DNA of 63,976 bases, the filler included, from Malassezia furfur (Eukaryota), in the NCBI GenBank assembly GCA_052055015.1. It is 5 parts of 5 records of this genome, joined end to end, with 100 filler letters (N's around TTAATTAATTAA, not from the genome) between each part and the next. Parts side by side here need not be neighbours in the genome. Positions count along the whole stretch, not along the records: positions 1 to 13,549 come from JBQJIT010000313.1; positions 13,650 to 27,168 come from JBQJIT010000314.1; 3 more parts are not named here. One strand, given 5' to 3'. The stretch's first letter is position 1; each line of letters opens with the position of its first letter. Under the pieces are notes generated by a model. That model was not told the origin of the DNA and did no database searches. It worked only from the letters and a program-made list of their open reading frames with translations. This document shows positions 10,542 through 20,792 of the stretch, piece by piece. The position numbers and the translations under genes were made by a program.

Positions 10542-12936
10542 TCATCCGCGCTGTTGGCATCTTCCTTCGGCGTCTCTTGAACGAGGCGTGTCCGTGACTT
10601 GGTTGGTTTTGCCGAGACACTGGTCCTTGGTGTAGTTGCCAAACTCGGGTTGGGCCTCGATTTCAGACGGATCGCTCTCCTTGGCACCGATCCATTCCGT
10701 CATGTATTTGGAAATTTGTCCGGGGATGCCCTTGCTGAAGAGCTGCGACATGTGCGACTCTTCGAGCGGATGGTCCTCGTCCCAGCTAAAGTACCGCTCG
10801 AGCTTGTCACCATGGCGCGACAGCCACGTACGGAACGGCTTGTTCTGGTCTCGAAGGGCGCGGTAGTCATTGTCCGAGATGGGAATCACCACCGTCTTGG
10901 CCTCTGACAGGGGGTGGTCCTGGTACTCCAGCACCATGCTGTGGCCCTCGAGCCACTCTTTCACGCGCGGGTATTCGTTGTCGTCCGTATCGTATGCCAT
11001 ATCCGCAATGTCCTTTTCGCCCTCGCCACCCTTCTCTGTACCCGCAGCACGGCGCTCCATCGCCTTCTTTCGACGGTACTTGCGCATCTCGGCAGTATCT
11101 TCACCGCCCCAGTCCTCGTCTTCGCCTGCATGCACAACGGGCTCCTCTTCGGCGGACACATCCTTGATCCCACTCTCGCGCAGGCTCGCTTCCTCGGGAA
11201 TCGTACCATGCTGCGATTCCTCGTCGGTCGCTACGCTCGCCACGCTTGGCTCGCGCAAGCGGCGCAAACCCTGGTGCATAGCTTCCACCACAGACGTCTG
11301 CCCCGTCGGCTCTTCCTCTTCGCCTGACGGTGCATGGCCCGTGGCACCAGTCATGGTGCGGCGCAGGCTCGTGACCCAACCCGGCTCGTCCATCGAAAAA
11401 GCATAGCTTGGTGCAATGCTGAGCGTGCGGCTTAGGTTGACATGCGCACGCTTTCCGAATGCAAAGAACGGCACGGTAAAGCCGTGTACAAGGACCGACG
11501 CTAACACGAGGAAGAACACGATCGGTTGGATGGTATACGCCAACACACCGTTGGTAGTCTCCGGCGGGTACTCCACGTGTTGGACTAGCAGCAAGCGGCC
11601 ATAGGTCGACATAAAGATGGCACCGACGCCCATAGGGCCGAAGTAGCCCGAGAAGACCGCCTCGTGAAACGTCTTGATGTCGGGAATAAACTTCCACAAG
11701 GCGACCACAATCGGGATACGCTTCAGCAACAGGATGAGTATGGCCAGTACGATCAGTCGCCAGATAGACAGGTTGATGTCGCCGTTCACGAAGTCATGCC
11801 ACGGCATGATGGCGCCAATGTACACAAACGTGCCAATATTGAACAACAGATCGATGATGCTGCTGAAGTTGGAGTCCTCGGTCTGCTTCTGAAACCAACC
11901 ATCCCATGCAAATGCACTTCCGCATGCAAAGGCAGCAAGCAGGTCATCACTGCCCAGCAGCACATTCACACCCATACTCGCAAGGGCCAAGCTGACATAC
12001 TGGGCCACGAAACTCTCACGGTCCACGAGCTTTTTGCTCTCACTGAACCGGATCAGGCGCCGCGCCAAGAATCCCATCAAGGCGCCCAAGAACGTTCCAA
12101 GACAAATTTCCCACGCCCACGTTTCTGCATCAGCGCACACCACGTACGATAAAACCATTTGCCCACAGGAAAGCCCACCTGGCCACGGTTAATGGTCAAA
12201 TAGTAGGCAAGGAACAAGAATGGGAATGCGGCGCCATCGTTGCACCCCGACTCACACTGCAACAAATGACGGATATGCGCCGGAACGTGGCGCTCGGCCC
12301 AGGGTCCACCCACGACGGCTTGCGCCAAAATCGGATCAGTGGGCGACAAGCAGGCGCCGATCATCAAACTGCATCAGCAATTGCACATACGAGTTCAGAA
12401 AGTCCAACCCGGGGATTAGCGCCCAAATCAACAAGGACGAGATGAACCAACTCCAGACCATCACGGGCCCCAACAACATTGCAACGGATTTCCAATGTCG
12501 CCAGACGTATTTTTTGGGCAACTAGTGTGTGAGCACGTACGAGAAAGACTTACTTCAACGCCCACAGCAAAAACGGACAGGGCAATACAGACGCGTGTTA
12601 CTTCCAAAGTGATTTCGTTGGTTGTTTCGTCCCCCGGTGTCATGGATTCTCGGTTGCCCCATTTTGCAGGATCAAAGATAGTTGCAGCAACCGGACCTGT
12701 CATTAGCCATTATCAGGGAGCAACATACCAATGATGATACCAAAAATCATAGCAAGAGGGGCTTCACCCAAATACAATTTCTCCTTGATTAACATGGAGA
12801 ACATGCCGAACTAGAGGTGAGCCAAGAGCCGACGTACCACCACGATAAACAACCCCAAAGCCACATAGATGATATGAGGGGCCGAAACCTCGAAAGGCTC
12901 GAAATGATGCTCGGTGCCCTCAAGTTCCATCGTCAT
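10542..12936 (-). CDS. NHA1: Na+/H+ antiporter, CPA1 Nha1/Sod2 family; introns 12811-12837, 12697-12728, 12522-12553, 12369-12390, 12125-12147; 3' end may extend to 10247
   Basis: ACLSPTDPILA, ESGCNDG, GSDDLLAAF, GYFGPMGVGAIF; multiple TM helices. Confidence 0.9.
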
Positions 12937-13142
12937 GGTGAAGGTGAGGCCCAAGGCTGAGGATCCTTCGTCGTCAAACTGGATGCAGGCGAGCAGGCCC
13001 AATGCGAGACACGCGCGCGTGCGCGACAATTTTGGCTTACATAAAAGCGCGCGACGATAACCCTAACCGACGTAACCAAGTCTCGGCATCGAAGATGGCA
13101 GGTCCTCATGTACTCCCACCTCAGACGGTGACATAACGCAAA

Positions 13143-13244
13143 GCCCGCTTAGCTCAGTGGTAGAGCGCGTCACTAGTACCTCCCGCGATAGCGGTCGGCC
13201 TTCGGGTCATGACGAGGTCGGTTGTTCGATCCAGCCAGTGGGCA
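13143..13244 (+). tRNA. tRNA-Thr(AGT) with 30-nt intron 13179-13208
   Basis: Acceptor GCCCGCT/AGTGGGC, D-arm GCTC/GAGC, anticodon stem CGTCA/TGACG with loop CT-AGT-A, T-loop TTCGATC, T-run terminator. Confidence 0.95.
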
Positions 13245-13322
13245 CTCTTTTTTGCTTTATGTACCTACACACGCCATGTGTCATGATTATGTTGGCACAT
13301 GTCGCGTGGCAGTCGCGGAAAA

Positions 13323-13424
13323 GCCCGCTTAGCTCAGTGGTAGAGCGCGTCACTAGTACCTCCCACGAATCGTGGTTGACCGTCGGTCATGACGAGGTCG
13401 GTTGTTCGATCCAGCCAGTGGGCA
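13323..13424 (+). tRNA. tRNA-Thr(AGT), copy 2, with 30-nt intron 13359-13388
   Basis: Exons identical to copy 1, intron diverged, T-run downstream. Confidence 0.95.
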
Positions 13425-13496
13425 TTCTCTTTTTGTGTGATTGCACTACACAGGCACGCCTCATATATGTACATGCAAGACAGATCAGCATCGACG

Positions 13497-13549
13497 GCCC
13501 GCTTAGCTCAGTGGTAGAGCGCGTCACTCGTACCTCCCGCGATTGCGGA
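13497..13549 (+). tRNA. tRNA-Thr(CGT), 5' half plus start of intron, truncated by contig end
   Basis: 5' exon identical to copies 1-2 except anticodon CGT. Confidence 0.85.
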
Positions 13550-13649
13550 NNNNNNNNNNNNNNNNNNNNNNNNNNNNNNNNNNNNNNNNNNNNTTAATTA
13601 ATTAANNNNNNNNNNNNNNNNNNNNNNNNNNNNNNNNNNNNNNNNNNNN
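13550..13649. other. Artificial contig linker (N-run with TTAATTAATTAA)
   Basis: 100-nt spacer with stops in all six frames. Confidence 0.98.
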
Positions 13650-14353
13650 GGGTCGGGGCCGCGCCAGCGCAGCGACGCGTCCTGCGCCGCGTCCGCCTCC
13701 TGGTCCATCCGGAGCGTCACGTGGAGGGCCTGCTGGTACAGGTGCAGCGCGGGGAGGAACTGCTTGGCGCGCAGCAGCACGCACGCCTTGCCTAGCAGCG
13801 CAACCGCGTGGTGCGGCTCACGCTGCAGCAGCGTGTCAAACAACCGACCGGCCAGCGCATTGTCGCCCGTCAGCAGCGCAAACACCGCGCGACTCTGCAT
13901 CAGCAGCGGGTGCTGTGGGCCGAGCGACTGCGCCTGGTTCAGCGCCTCGCTCGTGCTGCGGAAGTAGTGCTCCTTGGTCGACTTGCCGTGCAGTGGCTGG
14001 TAGCGCGCGTCGGGCAGCACCTGCTTGGGCGCTCCGCGCGCTTCGGCCAACTGGAACGCGGCATGCAGCGCAAACAGCGCAGCGCTCTCGTCGGGGCGGT
14101 GCACGGGCAGGATGCTGCACCCCTTGGATACGATCAGCTCAGCTTCGGCACGCCGCCCGGCGTTCCAGCAGCGCGACGCGAGCGCCGTCCAAAAGTACGC
14201 CGCGGGCTTTTCTTCCACAAGAATGTCGATCACCACTTCGAGCTCCTCCGGCGACGGCAACGGGTCCAAATCGATGCTCACCGACTCGTTCGTCGCGAGC
14301 ACTAGCTCCAGCGACTTGGGCGCCGCCCGACGTCCCGCACCCGCGTCGTCCAT
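13650..14353 (-). CDS. CTR9: Paf1 complex TPR subunit Ctr9, 5' part (3' truncated)
   Basis: E.VSIDLDPLP..EEL..IL.EEK....FWTALA N-terminus followed by TPRs (ALLGKACVL..KQF..ALHLYQQAL). Confidence 0.8.
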
Positions 14354-14443
14354 GGTGATCGCCGACACCAAGCACGGCCGCCGGCGCCGCGCGCGCCGCC
14401 GGCCCCACGAGGTCACGTGCGAGCTGCGCGGCGGCTTCTCAGC

Positions 14444-15265
14444 ATGCCAACGTCCGAGAAGGGGGTCACGGTCGGCGTGCTCGCGCTGCAGGGTGCGTTC
14501 CAGGAGCACATTGCGCGTTTCGCCTCGCTGAATGCAAGCTCCTTCACGCCGCGCGTGCGCGCCATCGCCGTGCGCCGCCCCGAGCAGCTCGAGCAGTGCG
14601 ACGGCCTCGTCCTGCCGGGCGGCGAGTCGACGGCCATCTCGCTCGGCCTGCACAACGCGCAGCTCACCGAGCCGCTGCGCGCGTGGATCGCCGCAGGCAA
14701 GCCTGTGTGGGGGACGTGCGCAGGCATGATCATGCTCGCGGCCATCGCGACCGGCGGCAAGCGCGGCGGCCAGGAACTGCTCGGCGGCCTCGACCTCCAG
14801 GTGGGCCGCAACGGCTTCGGCTCCCAGGTGTGCTCGTTCGAGGCCGACGTCGTGTTCCCCATGCTGGGAAACGAGGGATACCCGGGCGTGTTTATCCGCG
14901 CGCCCGTCGTCGAAAAGCTGCTTGGCGACTCGGTGTCCCAGCGCGAAGCGGCCGCCGCACTGGCGACCGGCTCCCACGACACGCTGTCCGTGTCCGTGTG
15001 CCCGGCGTCGGCACTCACGCTGCCGCGCGCACCCATCGAGGTGCTCGGCTGGCTCCCCGCATCCGCGGTGCCGGCCGTCGCCGCCCCCGACTTCTCCAGC
15101 ACCGCCGGGTCCGCGGCGCTCCACGGCGCGCATCCCCCGCGCGACGCTCACGTCGTCGCCGTGCGCCAGGGCCGCCTCATGGCGACCAGCTTCCACCCTG
15201 AACTCACGGGCGATACCCGTCTGCATGCCTACTTTGTGCGCGAGGTCATTCTGAGCTCGCTGTAA
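14444..15265 (+). CDS. SNO1: PLP synthase glutaminase subunit (Pdx2/Sno)
   Basis: GVLALQGAF.EH, LPGGEST, WGTCAGMI, FIRAP, TSFHPELT. Confidence 0.95.
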   Translation: MPTSEKGVTVGVLALQGAFQEHIARFASLNASSFTPRVRAIAVRRPEQLEQCDGLVLPGGESTAISLGLHNAQLTEPLRAWIAAGKPVWGTCAGMIMLAAIATGGKRGGQELLGGLDLQVGRNGFGSQVCSFEADVVFPMLGNEGYPGVFIRAPVVEKLLGDSVSQREAAAALATGSHDTLSVSVCPASALTLPRAPIEVLGWLPASAVPAVAAPDFSSTAGSAALHGAHPPRDAHVVAVRQGRLMATSFHPELTGDTRLHAYFVREVILSSL

Positions 15266-16495
15266 TCATACCGGCCCTGCGCACGCATTGAAGCGCAGCG
15301 CCTCGTTGCCGACGCTCACATGCCAGCCATGGGCGCCGGGCGCGCGGGGCGTATGCCGTGCAAATAGCTCGACAACCACTGCCGTGTCGGAGCTCTGCCC
15401 CGCCGCGTGCAAGAGGAGGTCTGTGGTAAGTAGTGCAGACCAGCAGACACGCACCCACCACGTACGGCTTCTGGCTGTGTGCCAGCGCCACGCTGGCGAT
15501 TACCTGCGGCGGCACGTCGCGTGCCTCGTGTGCCGCAAGCACCAGCAGCTCGTACGGCCGCCGCCGCCGGGGGTGCGCCAGCGTGTACAGCGACGCACCG
15601 TCCTGCGCGAGCTTCAGCCAGGCCCATGCGCCGAGGTAGCGCAGGCCCAGCTGTGGCAGCAGCTTGTCGCGCACAAAGCGGTGCACCTTGGGCTGCAAGG
15701 TCAGCGCGCGCGCGCTACCTACGTGATTCGTAATCCATACTGCGACCAGCGGGCGGTGCACCAGCAGCGGCTCGAGCGTGGGGCGCAGACGCCAGATGTC
15801 GTATAGGTCAGGCAGCGTCTCGTACGCATGCCGCGTGGCGCGCACGTCGTGGTGTGTGCCGCGATGTGCGCGAGCCGCTGACTGGTTCGGCCACGGTGGG
15901 TCGAGCAGAAGCACATCGACGCCGCCCACTTGCTCCACTGTGTAAGTGCGTGCTGCGTACCGAAGCGGTGCACTTCGGTCATGCCTACGGGCAGTGCGCG
16001 CGGCGCCGACGTGGGCGGCAGTAGGTCGGTCAGCAGGCATGCGGTGCGAGGCGGTAGCTCATACGCACACGTCGTGCCGCGGAGCCAGCGCGGCGCGGGG
16101 CTGGCATTGGTTATGAGCTGGTGGACGAGCGCGTGCGATGGCGTCGACCGCTTTGTGTCGGTGCCGCCTTGCTCCACGTCCGCGACGGCGTGCGCCAGGT
16201 CGACCTCGGGTAGCGGCGCAAGCTCGATCTTGTCCCTTGCGGTCCACCAGTGCGCATGGGTGGCGCGCTGGGCGCGAAACTGCTGCACCTCGTCGGCGAC
16301 GGCGCGCAGCAGCGGCGCGTCACAGTAGACGTCGAGCGGGTCGTGTGGCGCATGCGTGACCTGCGTCGTGTCCCACGGCCGCTCGCGTGGCCACCGATCG
16401 ATCCTTGCGTGCGGTGCGTGCCCCGCTAGTGCGTCCAGTACACACACGCGCGTCGGCGCGTCCGGCGCGCCGACCTGCGCGCGGTGCAGCGCCAT
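15266..16495 (-). CDS. MT-A70 family, METTL4-like adenine N6-methyltransferase; introns 15938-15960, 15693-15722, 15421-15454
   Basis: LLDPPWPN, AVWITN, W.WLKL, RRPYELL, HSQKP, ELFAR, VGNE motifs recovered after splicing. Confidence 0.85.
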
Positions 16496-16624
16496 GGCAC
16501 GAACGGACCTCCACACGCGGCGTGCCGCGGTGGGGGCCTCCGAGGCCGTGTTGGCGCAGCCGCGTGGCGCGCGCGTCGCCGGCCGATCGCCGCTTGCCAC
16601 TTCTGTCTTCGTGGGGCCTCGAGG

Positions 16625-18230
16625 ATGTCTGCACCCATTTTCGCCGAAGAGGTACGTGGCGTGCCATGCTGACCGTGACTAGGCGACCCAGGAGCGTGCG
16701 GAGAATGCGCGTTTGTCCTCGTTTGTCGGCGCGCTTGCGCTCGGCGACCTGGTCAAGACGACGCTGGGACCCAAAGGCATGAACAAAATTCTGCAGTCCG
16801 TCGGCTCGAACGAGATCGTGGTGACGAACGACGGCGCGACGATTCTCAAGTCGATCTACCTGGACAACCCAGCGGCCAAGATCCTGGTGAACATCTCCAA
16901 GGTGCAGGACGACGAGGTGGGCGACGGTACGACGTCGGTGTGTGTGCTCGCCGCGGAGCTGCTGCGCGAGGCGGAGCAGCTCGTCGAGTCGCATGTGCAC
17001 CCGCAGGTGGTCGTGGATGGCTACCGGATCGCGAGCAAGGCGGCGCTCGATGCGCTGCAGCGCTCATCGCAGGACCACAGCGCGGACCCGGCGCGGTTCC
17101 GCGAGGATCTGATGAACATTGCGCGCACGACACTCTCGTCCAAGGTGCTGTCGCAGGACAAGGACTACTTTGCGAACCTGGCCGTGGACGCCGTGCTCCG
17201 TCTCAAGGGCTCGACGAACCTCGAGAACATCCAGATCATCAAAAAGCTCGGCGGGAAGCTCACCGACAGCTACCTCGACGAGGGGTTCATCCTCGACAAG
17301 CGCATTGCACCCAACTCGGCCAAGCGCCTCGAGAACGCCAAAATCCTCATCGCCAATACCTCGATGGACACGGACAAGATCAAGGTGTTTGGCGCGCGCG
17401 TGCGCGTCGAGGGCACGAGCAAGCTCGCCGAAATCGAGCGCGCCGAGCGCGACAAGATGAAGGCCAAGGTCGAGCGCATCAAGGCGCACGGCATCAACTG
17501 CTTTGTGAACCGGCAGCTCATCTACAACTACCCGGAGTCGCTCCTCACCGACGCGGGTATCCTCTGCATCGAGCACGCCGACTTTGAGGGCGTCGAGCGC
17601 CTGGCGCTCGTCACCGGCGGCGAGATCACCAGCACCTTTGACCGCCCGGACCTGGTGCGCCTTGGCCACGCGGGGCTCGTCGAGGAGGTGATGATTGGCG
17701 AGGACAAGCTGATCAAGTTTTCGGGCGTCGCGGCGGGCGAGGCATGCACTGTCGTGCTGCGCGGCGCCACGTCGCAGATGGTCGACGAGGCGGAGCGCTC
17801 GCTGCACGACGCGCTCAGCGTGCTGAGTCAGACGGTGAAGGAGACGCGCGTCACGTACGGCGGCGGTGCGGCCGAGATGGAGATGAGCAACGCGGTCGAC
17901 GAAGAGGCGCGCAAGACTCCGGGGAAAAAGGCACTTGCCGTCGAGGCGTTTGCGCGCGCCCTGCGCCAGCTGCCGACCATCCTCGCGGACAACGCCGGTC
18001 TCGACTCGGCGGATTTGGTTGCGCAGCTGCGCGCGGCACACCACGAGGGGAAACACGACACGGGCCTCGACCTGAACAAGGGCGAGCTGGCCTCGATGGT
18101 CACGCTGGGGGTCACGGAGAGCTACAAGCTGAAGCGCCAGGTGGTGGTATCGGCGAGCGAGGCGGCCGAGATGATCATGCGCGTGGACGACATCCTGAAG
18201 GCTGCGCCGCGCCGGCGTGAGGCCCATTGA
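16625..18230 (+). CDS. CCT2: Chaperonin CCT beta subunit; intron 16652-16682
   Basis: [39 protein letters not shown]. Confidence 0.97.
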
Positions 18231-18355
18231 GTCGCGGGATTGCCGTAGTGGCATAGCAAATGCATCTATGAAATCTCCATGAAAATGAGAGGGGTGATCA
18301 AACAACACTTGCTGCAAGTTGCTTTGCCCAGTATCTCCTACGGGTAAGACGCGGT

Positions 18356-18967
18356 TTAAGCCAGGAAACCCTTGCCCTTGTAGCCCTCGCTCGAGATACC
18401 GTAGATGGGGTTCATGTTGTGCTCCTTGGCGCGCTCGTTCTCCTTCTCCTTGTACTCCTTGGTCATGGTCTTGGGCGCCGCCGGGGCTGAAAAAGTCAGC
18501 TGGATAAGAGTACGTACCGTTGTAGCGGACCAGCGCGAACAGGCTCACGCCGAGGCCAATCGTAATCGCCGTGCCGAGCGCCACGCGGCCCATCTGGCCG
18601 GGCGGCGAGACAGCCTTGCGAGGGCCGTAGGGGCCGTACGCGACAAAGTATGCTATCGTGTCAGTTTTGTCTCGGGGTACATACCACCCTTCTGCTCGTT
18701 GATCGTCAGGTCGTGCCAGTCCTTGCGCTGGATCTCCTCAAGCTGCTTGTAGACAGAGTATTGCTGCTCGTTGGAGAGCTTGGCCCAGTGCGACTCAATG
18801 TTCGGGAGCACATCCTTCAGCTGGACGCTGCTGCTCTGCTCGAGCAGCTTGCCGTCCCGCGCCGTCGCCGCGGTCCAGCGCTCGGCCTTAGTCACCGCAG
18901 TACGGGCAATGCCAGTCGCATTGCGAGGGATAACACGAGGGAGGGAAGCACGCACGGTTCCAATCAT
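18356..18967 (-). CDS. COX5: Cytochrome c oxidase subunit 5 (COX IV family); introns about 18653-18684 and 18487-18516
   Basis: NIE.HW..L...EQ, KDWHDLT..EQK, AY.VAYGPYGPR, PKTMTKEY, NPI.GISSEGYKGKGF. Confidence 0.9.
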
Positions 18968-19219
18968 GGTCAGTCGGCAGAGAATCGTGTTTCTAAGCAG
19001 GGACTCGGTGGAAGCCGCCGCCTGCCCGTCCAATTCGCGGAACCAAACGGGAAACGCAGATTTACAATTAGCAGCCGGCCGGCTCTCGGCCGACATGCAG
19101 TCTTGCCTGAGCCGCTTACGTGAGTGGAGGCAGGCGCGTACACGCGCAGGCGGCACACGACTGCGCGCACAGACCGTAAAACGCCGGGGGTTCTACGGCC
19201 TCGCTATGTAGGGAACCGA

Positions 19220-20604
<1,385 letters not shown>

Positions 20605-20792
20605 GGTGGAACGGAGGCCGAGTCATGTCCGCGAGGCCCGGGCGGGGTAATTAACTGGCCGAGCGCCGACCCTCTGCGCACGTTCTTCGCGTGGAGACGC
20701 ACTGCCAAATGCCACGTGCCGAATCGCGCCATCGGCGCTTGCGTCATTGGCGCAAGACAGGGTGACAGAGATCGCACACCTACGAAGCTTGC

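Noticed and set aside
13011..13025. GCGCGTGCGC NRF1-like site, and similar words at 49541
   Set aside because: Such GC words are too frequent in this sequence to support without statistics
13058..13078. TAACCCTAACC telomere-like motif
   Set aside because: Fewer than two repeat units; could be chance
13141..13549. Regularly spaced direct repeats resembling a CRISPR array
   Set aside because: The repeats fold as tRNA-Thr cloverleaves; eukaryotic context with no cas genes
13594..13605. TTAATTAATTAA palindrome as a biological element
   Set aside because: Synthetic all-frame stop spacer, identical at all four gaps
14354..15226. Upstream extension of the CTR9 ORF
   Set aside because: Antisense to SNO1; Ctr9 similarity starts at ATG 14353
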